In this document: one piece after another, positions 31,101 through 39,670 of the stretch
Position numbering within the stretch: position 1 is the stretch's first letter
Layout: the number at the start of each line of letters is the position of its first letter
IMG/VR virus record: IMGVR_UViG_3300033067_000504
Location: 31,203-95,202 of that record
Direction: 5' to 3' (one strand)
Source of the DNA: a virus
Taxonomy: Duplodnaviria > Heunggongvirae > Uroviricota > Caudoviricetes
DNA length: 64,000 nucleotides
Translations under genes and position numbers: made by a program
Notes under the pieces: model-generated
Database searches by the model: none
Told to the model about the DNA's origin: nothing
Seen by the model: only the letters and a program-made list of their open reading frames with translations

Positions 31101-31782
31101 TAACTGTTAGTACTTGTCCTGCAGTACCAATAGGTAATCTAGTCCATACACCACCAGTGTAAATAATTGTATCACCAGTTGCTGGAGTTAATGCAGAGCT
31201 AAAAGAAAGTTTGTTACTTAGTAAAGTTGTTAAAGAGGATGATATATCTAAAAAACCTAATGTTGTAGTTGTTGTAGTACTGTGTATTGGTAAACCATTA
31301 GCATCAGATATTAATACTCTATTAGCTGTTATTGCAGTGTTTTCAGTAAATATACCAGAAGCATCATTGATAAGGATTCTATTAACATTACCAGTTGCTA
31401 GTTTAGTTCTAGTGATTGCTGCAGCTACAGCTATGTCAGCATTCTTTATCTGTAAAGTTAGATTTAACTTTGAGTAGGCTATGGCAGCTGCACTATTGAT
31501 ATTATTATTAGTAATTACATCTGCAGCAATAGAAGATACACCAGTGTTGGAGAAGGTTATAGCTCCAGTTGGTAATACTGGAGTAGCTAAGTTTGAACCA
31601 TTACCAATAAGTATATATCCATTAGTTAATGCTGTGGTTAAGTAAGAAGATGGATCTATAGGGTTTATAGTTCCAACACTTTTATCTGCAGCATCTCTAG
31701 TTAATACAGGATCACCAATACCTGAGCTTAAATTCCCAAGTATTGTTAATCCTTTTCTTATTACTGTTTGTTTAGTCGCCAT
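28180..31782 (-). CDS. tail fibre / receptor-binding protein, 1200 aa, with an internal ~120-aa domain duplication and a GC-rich C-terminal third
   Basis: Thr/Gly/Asn/Ala-rich fibre-like composition. Two diverged copies of a domain (AKLYVRQANLSTGWIPTLRIDPGAHTAIT...YTVYIDNP at aa ~585-690 and AKFYILQSNLSASWIPATRIDAAAHTAIT...YSVYIDAP at aa ~790-910). DNA 28200-29400 is markedly GC-richer than its flanks. Confidence 0.6.
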   Translation of the reverse strand: MATKQTVIRKGLTILGNLSSGIGDPVLTRDAADKSVGTINPIDPSSYLTTALTNGYILIGNGSNLATPVLPTGAITFSNTGVSSIAADVITNNNINSAAAIAYSKLNLTLQIKNADIAVAAAITRTKLATGNVNRILINDASGIFTENTAITANRVLISDANGLPIHSTTTTTTLGFLDISSSLTTLLSNKLSFSSALTPATGDTIIYTGGVWTRLPIGTAGQVLTVTGGVPAWGAATANGLPTGGTAGQYLNKIDGTNYNTQWSTLSVSSLTGVTANTADVNLLTGLAAFGITTAKLQFLNGLSSDVQAQLNAITLRSPSLTANYLWVGTIGGNALPLAPGTNGQVLSISGGNVAWTSLLTTGHVIQDSVPTSFTQRTNLKFVGLTVTDDPGNNATVVTNAGSWLLASGGTLTGTNTITSNTANQLLFSGTWTATANNQNHVEFAGTFTSRNTASDTLFGYVFDPTLTRNVGNPATQTAYAVYINPTFNNTFSANYALGVTKPIWLTAGGINWEIGPGVGSLSGGNNDFGFNAIGSTGWGFSQNGTPKVYYSNIGNFQVNSTLLSGTLGNYTIWSASFGAVVADAAKLYVRQANLSTGWIPTLRIDPGAHTAITNTLENINQDFQTATQTWAGGGTVATQRSTYFRGITLAGASAQTFTNAYTVYIDNPIAGTNATITNAISLGVGSAFLANNTTKTIASFVGTNATGSGGYNISLGNTAILADTVLLESAGYGAPYYFSLRTTGTGRGIIFGGQGVNVSGAILGDQPFAFYTSGNVRIGSYALASADLAKFYILQSNLSASWIPATRIDAAAHTAITAASEQSNIILNSANANASFSSGASLSAGTASKTWADGTVVTQRDIYVRGITYNKTTTSATFTRAYSVYIDAPSAGAGVTITNNWALGLNGNFVASGQALIGGTAITNASTILDLQSATQALKLTTAASASIASPSAGMLTSDAGNLKYYNGASWVTVGVAGGGITNSAANTELMMSNGTNAVSSKLFVPSSGDLTFGDTGLAGSVRTLTASGSAANVDINIITKGTAVMRLQANAILMYDPAVPTTSVQFSSTGIVNIYTAGAVAAFSITSANGHAASVTGGDFNLKSGNGYTVGNNAAGNINISSGVPNGSGAEGAVNVQSRSTGKLGFYNVAAITRPTTAVAAAAFVANAGTAVNDASTFGGYTIKQIVQALQNLGLLT

Positions 31783-33377
31783 TATACTTCATAAGTTATA
31801 GTTACCCAACCACGGCTACTTGCTGTGGATTGATAGTTAGCATTAGCAAAATATCCACCAGGAGAAAGACTACTTACAACTACTGATCCAGCACTCCAGT
31901 ATACAGGTGAAACTGTGCCATTACTTGCTGTCATAGCATCTATAAAGATTGTTCCACTATCATCTACTATTGTTACAAAGACATTTCTTATTTTAGAGTC
32001 TGTAACTCCATGAGCTACTGAAGTAGATGTCGCAAATCCTGGGTTCATATTCCAGGTTGGTAAAGCAATTACCTTAGTTTTTAAGTAAGGACCAGCACCA
32101 CCATTGGTTCTAATTCCATTAGTTACATCCAATCCACCAGCAACAGTTACTATTGTACCACTATCAGTAATTATACTGTTTGTAAGTGTTGTAGAGGAAG
32201 ATGCTTTAGGTACTGTTCCTGTAGTTAATCCAGTTATACCTCCTGGTACGTTAGCCCAAGCAGGTACACCACCTACAACAGTTAATACCTGGTTAGTAGC
32301 TCCTATGGCTAGTCTTGTAGTTACATTAGAAGCATTTCTTATTACTATATCCCCAATGCTAGTCATTGGATCGGGCATTTTAGCAGCTAACAATGTTGTT
32401 AAGCTGCTACCTACATCCACATATCCTAACTTTGTAGTTAGTGTTGCTGTAGTTATACCACTAGAAGTTAAGAAACCACTAGCATCAGTACCAACTACCA
32501 CACTAGCTGTTAAAGCCTGTAGTTTGTTAACAAGTATACCTGCTCCTGCTGCTATTACAGCATTAGTGACTGGTGTTCCATTAAAAGAAGTTACACCAGT
32601 GTTAGTTATTGTAATTACACCACTTACTGTTTGTGAAGTAGCTTGATTACTTACGTTACCAATATATATTGTTCCATTAGGTAATACTGAACTTACTGGT
32701 CCAGAACCATTACCATTATTAGGGATAAAGTATCTACTACCAACTACTGTCCAAGTACCACTTGTAGGAGTAGCTAATAGTTGTATATTACCTGCTGAGA
32801 ATATTACATCAAACTCTATAAGACTAGTATCACCTACAATATCTGGTGTAGAGTTATCGAACATGTCAATAGCACTACCATCAGATTTCCAGGTTCCAAT
32901 TATAGACCCTGATCTCTGTTCACCAGTTCCTGACTTAGTTACTGTATAATCCCACCTTGCAGCCTTAGCACTAGCTATAATAAAGGTATCCACTACAGTT
33001 GGTATGGCAAATGTTGATTGGAAGTCTGTAGCTAGACCTGTGGCTCCAGTTGCTCCAGTGTCACCAGTAGCCCCCTTAGGACCAGGTAATCCAAAGAGAA
33101 TTGCTGGTGGAGAAGCTACGTTTACTGTTGGAGCTGCTGGGAACTGATTTAACTCACATAATTGAATTAAGCACTCAAGAATGTAGTTCATCTGAGTGAT
33201 GTCATCAAGCTTAAGTCTTTCTTCCCAAGCCTCTAAGTAACTAAGAATAAGGTCGGCCTTACTCCACTTTTTATTTAAAGCCTTGCCAAGTCTCTTATTT
33301 AGAATTAAAGAGTCCACAAGAGTAACTAAATACCCTTGAGATTGATAGATTATTGTATTTGCTCTTAAATCAAGCAT
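31782..33377 (-). CDS. tail fibre protein, 531 aa, with a short collagen-like Gly-X-Y run
   Basis: GLPGPKGATGDTGATGATG (seven Gly-X-Y triplets) after an N-terminal helical region; the rest is Thr/Gly/Ser-rich. Start codon overlaps the stop of the 1200-aa fibre gene. Confidence 0.55.
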   Translation of the reverse strand: MLDLRANTIIYQSQGYLVTLVDSLILNKRLGKALNKKWSKADLILSYLEAWEERLKLDDITQMNYILECLIQLCELNQFPAAPTVNVASPPAILFGLPGPKGATGDTGATGATGLATDFQSTFAIPTVVDTFIIASAKAARWDYTVTKSGTGEQRSGSIIGTWKSDGSAIDMFDNSTPDIVGDTSLIEFDVIFSAGNIQLLATPTSGTWTVVGSRYFIPNNGNGSGPVSSVLPNGTIYIGNVSNQATSQTVSGVITITNTGVTSFNGTPVTNAVIAAGAGILVNKLQALTASVVVGTDASGFLTSSGITTATLTTKLGYVDVGSSLTTLLAAKMPDPMTSIGDIVIRNASNVTTRLAIGATNQVLTVVGGVPAWANVPGGITGLTTGTVPKASSSTTLTNSIITDSGTIVTVAGGLDVTNGIRTNGGAGPYLKTKVIALPTWNMNPGFATSTSVAHGVTDSKIRNVFVTIVDDSGTIFIDAMTASNGTVSPVYWSAGSVVVSSLSPGGYFANANYQSTASSRGWVTITYEV

Positions 33378-33384
33378 TGTAGTA

Positions 33385-34089
33385 CTATTGAGTTAAACAA
33401 CCACAATCACTACAGTATTTTTCAGCTTCTCTAGCTGCTCTTTCTCCTTGTAAATACTGTTGTCTGGTGTCTGATATTCTCATTACAGATAACAGTGTTC
33501 TAATCCTATTTCTGGATTTACATAGTCCAGAGCTACAATCGCAATCATCTGCACAGCTATCCTTAGATGCTAAGATAGCAACATTAGCATAACATTTTGC
33601 AGTTTGATAGTCAATTATTTTTTCTAATACTTGATATACAACGTTATTAGATGCAGTAGAAGTTCCTACATTAGCTATTACTGTTGTAGGATCTGTTATT
33701 GGTTGCCAGTAAGTTGTATTACTTACCGCATTACCTGCTGATGGGGTTACGTTTATATACTGGTAAAAAGCATTACCTGTTGTATCCCAAGCTAAGTCAT
33801 ATCTATTAAAGGTAGTACCAACTAACCAGTTGGGTACAATAACAAACTTAAACCTATATCTACCATCTGTACCATTTGTCATGGTAAATGTGGTGGCAAG
33901 TTCAGGATCAAAACTAGCTAAAACCTGAGCAGTCTCAATTAAACTCTCATCTACTTTATAAGCTTTTAAATATACTGCTACAGCTGTTCTTAATGGATTA
34001 GCACCACCATAAACAGTTGAGTCAGTCAATATACTGGTAACACCATCTGCTGAAACAGAGGTGAATGTTAGTGCTGCTGTTAGTGCCAT
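33385..34089 (-). CDS. Cys-rich small tail-associated protein, 234 aa
   Basis: C-terminal CADDCDCSSGLC...CSDCGC cluster, a possible metal-binding knot. Confidence 0.45.
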   Translation of the reverse strand: MALTAALTFTSVSADGVTSILTDSTVYGGANPLRTAVAVYLKAYKVDESLIETAQVLASFDPELATTFTMTNGTDGRYRFKFVIVPNWLVGTTFNRYDLAWDTTGNAFYQYINVTPSAGNAVSNTTYWQPITDPTTVIANVGTSTASNNVVYQVLEKIIDYQTAKCYANVAILASKDSCADDCDCSSGLCKSRNRIRTLLSVMRISDTRQQYLQGERAAREAEKYCSDCGCLTQ

Positions 34090-34153
34090 ATTTTAAAAAT
34101 AAACCCTTGTAATAGTGTTTGCTACTACAAGGGCTATCAGATTTAGGTTATTA

Positions 34154-35425
34154 TTATAAACCGAATACTGTCTGTAGTGTAGATCCTGAAGTTGAACCAA
34201 CAACTGTACAGATGTGAATACGTTCGTATTGCGTTGTCTGGAAGTCAACTGGGTTAGCACCAGGGTTAATTGTGTTAGCAAACACCAGGAATATCTGGTC
34301 GTATGTTAATGCAGTAGAACCATATCTTGTAGGTTGACCATAATCAGCTGCAAATGCTGCGTTGATAGTAGATCCAACACCTTCAAAAATTGCTCCTTCT
34401 CTTGCTTCCAATTCTACAATAGACTGTCCGTAACCAGAACCAAGTAACCAGTTTTGAGTGGTAAGTACTGGAGCGTTAATCAGGTTAAAGGAACCTGCTA
34501 CGATAAAGGTAGGGTTGTTAGTAATACCACCAACAGTTGTTTTACCAGTAAATCTAACACCAAGTTTAGAAGTACCAGAAACATAACCGTTTACGTTAAG
34601 TACGTTAGCGATAGCCAGAGTTGCGTTAGTAGCACCTTGATAAATTCTATCAAGAGTGTAAGTTACGTTATCAGCAGCTATTGCTGTTACTTTATAAACC
34701 ACACCAGTGTTAGCAGTACCCCCGATTGCAATAAGACCACCAACTGCAGGAGCACCTGTAGGAGCAGCGTTAAATACAACTGTGTTAGTACCGTTAGTTA
34801 CTGATAATGTAGCAGCTACAGTGATAGCAGCGTTAGATGCGTTTGTTTGAATTTCTCCATAACAGAAGGCATCAGGAGCAGTTCTTCTTTCGTAGTCAAG
34901 ATCAAAGTTGATCTGAGAAACTATTTGAGAAAGTACTGTGTACTGATCTTGTGTAGAGGATGTAACTGTTGCATAACCTTCTTGTACAGGGAATGGTTGG
35001 TTTCCAGGAGTTGTTTCTCTCACAGCGATACCAAAGGTAACTGTGTTAGTAGGAGAAGCACTTGAAAAGTTGAAACCCATATCAGAAGTCGTGTTGGTGT
35101 TGTTATAACCAATGCTAACGATTTTTGGTACAGGGGCTGTGTAGGCTTGACGGTTGCTTCTATTTAAGCTACCATAGTTGATTGTTGGTGTTCTATGAAT
35201 AGCACCATCTCTTTTTTGTGCTATGAAGAAGTTCAAACCAGAGGTTAGTAACGTGGTTCTTACAGCACCAGTATCCAAGAATACACCAATTTCTCCATCA
35301 GCTACAGCTGCAGAGTTTACAAAGTTGGCGAAAGTTGTCTGAGCTGTGTAGGCAATATTAGGTACTACAAAGACTTTCTCTGAAATACCTGATAAGCTTT
35401 TGGCATAAGGTGTAATTGCTGGCAT
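34154..35425 (-). CDS. structural protein, 423 aa (Thr/Asn/Gly-rich beta-type)
   Basis: ORF. The nested 34093-34281 ORF is rejected. Confidence 0.5.
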   Translation of the reverse strand: MPAITPYAKSLSGISEKVFVVPNIAYTAQTTFANFVNSAAVADGEIGVFLDTGAVRTTLLTSGLNFFIAQKRDGAIHRTPTINYGSLNRSNRQAYTAPVPKIVSIGYNNTNTTSDMGFNFSSASPTNTVTFGIAVRETTPGNQPFPVQEGYATVTSSTQDQYTVLSQIVSQINFDLDYERRTAPDAFCYGEIQTNASNAAITVAATLSVTNGTNTVVFNAAPTGAPAVGGLIAIGGTANTGVVYKVTAIAADNVTYTLDRIYQGATNATLAIANVLNVNGYVSGTSKLGVRFTGKTTVGGITNNPTFIVAGSFNLINAPVLTTQNWLLGSGYGQSIVELEAREGAIFEGVGSTINAAFAADYGQPTRYGSTALTYDQIFLVFANTINPGANPVDFQTTQYERIHICTVVGSTSGSTLQTVFGL

Positions 35426-35442
35426 AATCTATTTTAAATTTT

Positions 35443-36561
35443 TTAATTTGTTCTTGTTTGTGTGTCTTGAACTGTTGCTGGATACGCTTTGTCCTTAGTA
35501 TCAAGTCTTAGTATTTCTACAGCTAAGTCTATGATCTTGGGGTGAGTAGGGTCAGCTAGTTCACAACCTTGGTTCAAAGCTAAGCTAATTGTTCTTGGCT
35601 TCCTAATGTAGTCAAAGTAGCTTCTAGTTATTAGAAAGCTTTTATCTAAATAATATACTAAATAATCCTGAGTTTGGTTCAAAACAGGCTGTGTACCCCT
35701 AGTATAATAGAAAGTATTATTCGTTAGTACGTCGTATAATACCCCTTGATTCTTATTGGTTGCAGAGGATAAAAATACCTTCTTATTTACAATATTGGCT
35801 ATTAGAGATCTATTGTAGATATTATAAGTATTTTGTACACTAGTTCCAGTAGTGCTATTATCTATTGTAACCCCGTCACTTCTATACAGTGTAACTGTTA
35901 CTGTACCAAGAGGAACGGCGGAAACAAAGATGAATTGTCCTGGATAGTAGGTATCTCGGTATCTCTCCCAATATACTTTATAGGTACGGTTTCTACTGAA
36001 ACTCTCAATTATGTTTTGTATTACTACGTAATTACTATTATAACTGTTAAATGATGCAGTTATAAATGTACTTGGTGAGTTGTAAAGAGTTCCTACTGTA
36101 CTGGAATTAATGTTAATTCTGGAGAAATAAGGTGGTACACCTACCCCGTTACTAGTGGGAAAAGCTACTGGAGTGACATACTCTACTTTAGTAGTTGTAG
36201 CTAAAGAAGGTGCTGTACCACAATTTACAGGATCTGTAATAATCTCTACTCTACTGTTTAATAACCAGTAAAAATCAGCTGGTAAAACAGCATAAACGCT
36301 TAATTGATTGTCTTCTAAAAGAGGATCACCTGCACCAGGGATAATAACTTCTTCAATGCTATTCTTTTGTATTAAAGCAGCAACATGGCCTAGATTTATT
36401 TGAGCATCCTCAAAGTTAGAATCTACACCTTGTTCCAAAAGTCTAAACATGGCCTTATTAAGGGCCATGTCTATCTCTTCTGGTTTAAACTTATCTCTTT
36501 TATAACTTGCAACTTCTTGTAAACGCTGGTTTACCTGAAGATGCATTTCAAAGACTCTCAT
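35443..36561 (-). CDS. structural protein, 372 aa
   Basis: ORF; start/stop coupled with the next gene. Confidence 0.5.
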   Translation of the reverse strand: MRVFEMHLQVNQRLQEVASYKRDKFKPEEIDMALNKAMFRLLEQGVDSNFEDAQINLGHVAALIQKNSIEEVIIPGAGDPLLEDNQLSVYAVLPADFYWLLNSRVEIITDPVNCGTAPSLATTTKVEYVTPVAFPTSNGVGVPPYFSRININSSTVGTLYNSPSTFITASFNSYNSNYVVIQNIIESFSRNRTYKVYWERYRDTYYPGQFIFVSAVPLGTVTVTLYRSDGVTIDNSTTGTSVQNTYNIYNRSLIANIVNKKVFLSSATNKNQGVLYDVLTNNTFYYTRGTQPVLNQTQDYLVYYLDKSFLITRSYFDYIRKPRTISLALNQGCELADPTHPKIIDLAVEILRLDTKDKAYPATVQDTQTRTN

Positions 36562-36908
36562 TAACTTTTAGTTTTCTTCTTAATTCTAAAGAACCCAATA
36601 ATTTGTTGTTCCATTACTTGACAAAACTCCATTCTTTTTGAGCTTATCTCCTCATCTGTTTCCACAGGTAAAGTACCATCATGCTCAAGTTCAAACTTCT
36701 CAACGATAATACCTTTCATTAGTTTTACAGCATCTCCAGGTCTTACTTCTGTACAGTCCTTTCCTACTTTAATTACAGTGTAAATCTTATCGTTGTTCTC
36801 AGTTATAAATTCGGTAGAGGGTAACAATATACCCCCCGCCGTTTTCGTTATCTTAACCTCACGTAATAGAACATTACGCGAAGTTGGTGAATAGTTTTCA
36901 AGTTTCAT
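36561..36908 (-). CDS. small structural protein, 115 aa
   Basis: ORF. Confidence 0.45.
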   Translation of the reverse strand: MKLENYSPTSRNVLLREVKITKTAGGILLPSTEFITENNDKIYTVIKVGKDCTEVRPGDAVKLMKGIIVEKFELEHDGTLPVETDEEISSKRMEFCQVMEQQIIGFFRIKKKTKS

Positions 36909-36934
36909 AGTTAGTTAGTTGGATTGGCTTGTTA

Positions 36935-37906
36935 CTATTCAGTTTTTGAGTCTGCTACTTTCAAATCATTAGCTTTTGGCTCTTTTGGAAGGTAGCTTTC
37001 ATTCTTTTTAACCTTGGTTAGGTACTGTGCTCTCAATAGGTTTAGTTCTCTTGAGTTTTTAGGGTTCTTGTAGTACATAACTGCCGCTTCCATGTCTTGT
37101 CCTATAACCTCACCAGATTCACTTAGGTGGATTGCTGTACCTACTTTCTTCAAGTATTGTGCACCAATCATTTCCTGAATCAAATACTTGTATTCCAAGT
37201 CTCTATCCTCCGCTATAGTGATAAATCTCTCAAAAGCACCTTTCTGCTCGAAATCATTATACTTAGGGTTAATTTTGGAGAACTCTTTGAAAGCAAGAAG
37301 TTTAGCCTCAGGTTTCATACCTTTAATGTTTATGCCAAGGATCGTAAGTATCTGATCAAGTTTAATTGCATCATCCTTGTATTTCATGTAAACAACTGTT
37401 GCTTTATCTTCCAAATCACTGATAGATACAGCTATTGTAGATACTCCATCTGGATCATGAATATAGAACTTCTTATTGTAAAGTCTTTGGGCTGACGCCT
37501 CGTCTGGGGCTACTTCTGGATGACCAAGTAGGTGCTTGTAAATAACATAATCCTTAATGTTTATAGGCATGTTATTAGTGCTAAGAGGCAGAGCATCATT
37601 TTCAAGTGAAATTTGAAGCTTAAGACCATCTTTAGGTACTCTTGTATTGATTTCGTGATAGAAGTTGGTAACTACTCGTCTAAAGTCTTTATCCTCAGCT
37701 TCTATACCTAATAGTGCAGGCATTAGAATCTTCTGCTCTTCAAAACTTAATCCAGTTCCTACGGTTCTTAGTCCAGCCTCATAGTAAGGTCCAATAGCCC
37801 TAAAAGACTGTCCATACCACTCTTTAACCTCTGGGTCGTTCTGAGCTAATGCCAACATGTTAAATTGGCGGTGGATTTCAATTGATTTTCCTTTGTAAAT
37901 GTTCAT
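36935..37906 (-). CDS. structural/head-associated protein, 323 aa
   Basis: ORF between the MCP gene and the tail genes. Confidence 0.45.
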   Translation of the reverse strand: MNIYKGKSIEIHRQFNMLALAQNDPEVKEWYGQSFRAIGPYYEAGLRTVGTGLSFEEQKILMPALLGIEAEDKDFRRVVTNFYHEINTRVPKDGLKLQISLENDALPLSTNNMPINIKDYVIYKHLLGHPEVAPDEASAQRLYNKKFYIHDPDGVSTIAVSISDLEDKATVVYMKYKDDAIKLDQILTILGINIKGMKPEAKLLAFKEFSKINPKYNDFEQKGAFERFITIAEDRDLEYKYLIQEMIGAQYLKKVGTAIHLSESGEVIGQDMEAAVMYYKNPKNSRELNLLRAQYLTKVKKNESYLPKEPKANDLKVADSKTE

Positions 37907-38076
37907 GTTTAATAGTTTAATTGTTTAGTACAAAGATATGCTTAATAATGTTTCACAAGCAACAAGACGTTTATATTAAGCTTATTTGGTATATAAAAAA
38001 GAAAGGCTTGATTTCTCAAGCCAATCCCAACTAAACTAAACTATGAAGTCTGTTTTATTGTACTACTAATTCAAGA

Positions 38077-39633
38077 TTAGTAGTTAACCACTGTAGGGCT
38101 GATTTCCAAGTGAAGTGAAGTATTACCTCTCCTCAAGTTGACACCACCTGTAGCAAGTCTATGATATGAAGCTGCATCTATGTCGCTAGACAATAGTGAC
38201 AGATCTCCACTAGACAGGTTCTGTATACCTTGGATGATCTTGTACTGTTTAGGCACAGGAGTCAAACCAGTTACAACACCGTGTAGCATTCTACGACCCT
38301 TCTCAGCAACGAATTGCAAGTTAGGTTCACCGTCGAACATACCATCATCAATAAACACCATTCTGTACGATTCCAGAGGGAACCCTGTTTCAGGGTGCAA
38401 AGGAGATTTAACTGCTCTACGTCCGTAATCGAAGATTGGATTATGTTTTACTTTAATGTAGTAACCATCTATGTGATACATTGCATTGAAGAAACCAGTA
38501 GAAACTAGGTCATAGTTACTGTCACCCTTCACGAATTTATCAGCGATATTACCACCACCTTGTGCAAGCAAGTTGGCAATTGTACCAGCTTCTTTCATTG
38601 CACGGTCAAACTCTCTCATTCCACCACGACCAGTGAAGAGCGTAATGCTCATACCATCTGTGTCAGACTGACCAAAGAATGCGTTAGCTACAACGTTTTG
38701 TAGGAAGGCATAGGTCAATCTTGTGTAAGTAGAGTAGTTGTTAATTTGCTCAAGCAAACCAGCACCAGTAGGGATTACCTTACCAGTAATATAGTCTTTC
38801 AACGGAATTGTACCGTTAGCAAGTCTATTGTATCTGGAATACCAGAACATGTGTTCTACTTCTTCCAACCAAGCACGCTCAAATTGATACTGCTCGAAAT
38901 CCATCCACAAACGCATAGGTTCTTTACCTTCTGCATCAATAGCGATAGACATTACTCTGTTGGCTGAGTTACCTGCCCACTGGTGTGACATACGAATAAC
39001 CGACATTTGGTTCTTGTGTTTACCAGGAGCAACACGCTTGAATTCAGTACCTCTAGATTCAGATTCAGCGTTGAAAGTGTTAAGATCACACCACAGAACA
39101 CCAGCTTGTACCTCAGATGCTGGGATAACAGTTTTATCTGATACAGCGTTTAACTGCAGCAAATACTGATAACCTTCATCCGTCTTGATAGGATCACCAA
39201 GAATATAAGCCTGAATTCCAAGGGGAGATTCAATCATGTAGTTTCTCTTGAACCAGTTGTCTTCAAACACAAGAGTGAAAGGGATTAAGCCAAGACCCAA
39301 ACCAGTTGCTGGAATGGTAGGAGTAGTCTTTACTCTTACTGCTCTGTTTAAACGGCTCATGACAGGCCAGGTAAACTGGAGATCGTCAAGTTCCTTTACT
39401 TTGTTATTGGTTTTCTTAAAACCACCATCAGCTGATACGATGTCTCCCATCGTAGCCATTGCTAGAGGGAATGATTTTGTAGAATCTCCCAATAGCCAAG
39501 TTAATTTCATTGTCAGCTCAGCTGGTTTCCCATGTCTGGCTGCGTAGAAATTGTTTTCGTCAAGCATAGCCTTGGCATCAAAGATGTCCTGCTGTACCTG
39601 GAACCGAAATTTATTACCGCGATTACCTGCCAT
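38077..39633 (-). CDS. major capsid protein candidate, 518 aa
   Basis: Size and position (downstream of portal and scaffold-like genes) match crAss-like MCP. Local GC and codon usage are shifted relative to neighbours, consistent with a highly expressed gene. No homology search was possible. Confidence 0.5.
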   Translation of the reverse strand: MAGNRGNKFRFQVQQDIFDAKAMLDENNFYAARHGKPAELTMKLTWLLGDSTKSFPLAMATMGDIVSADGGFKKTNNKVKELDDLQFTWPVMSRLNRAVRVKTTPTIPATGLGLGLIPFTLVFEDNWFKRNYMIESPLGIQAYILGDPIKTDEGYQYLLQLNAVSDKTVIPASEVQAGVLWCDLNTFNAESESRGTEFKRVAPGKHKNQMSVIRMSHQWAGNSANRVMSIAIDAEGKEPMRLWMDFEQYQFERAWLEEVEHMFWYSRYNRLANGTIPLKDYITGKVIPTGAGLLEQINNYSTYTRLTYAFLQNVVANAFFGQSDTDGMSITLFTGRGGMREFDRAMKEAGTIANLLAQGGGNIADKFVKGDSNYDLVSTGFFNAMYHIDGYYIKVKHNPIFDYGRRAVKSPLHPETGFPLESYRMVFIDDGMFDGEPNLQFVAEKGRRMLHGVVTGLTPVPKQYKIIQGIQNLSSGDLSLLSSDIDAASYHRLATGGVNLRRGNTSLHLEISPTVVNY

Positions 39634-39670
39634 TTTATTTTATTTATTATTTGTTTAACAATATTGTTTC

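Noticed and set aside
34093-34281. 62-aa minus-strand ORF overlapping the end of the 34154-35425 gene
   Set aside because: Out-of-frame overlap with a much longer, compositionally consistent ORF; likely spurious.
15662-37495. Numerous short plus-strand ORFs inside the minus-strand structural genes (15662-15880, 16752-17153, 18014-18637, 19499-19738, 21141-21410, 23622-23915, 25626-26290, 28658-29404, 31211-31477, 32104-32646, 34454-35065, 35833-36054, 37127-37495, 38180-39547, 42061-42535, 44352-45623, 46874-47266, 48470-48757, 49541-49738)
   Set aside because: All are nested antisense to long, tightly packed minus-strand genes and have low-complexity or Cys/Ser/Leu-rich composition; no independent start context.
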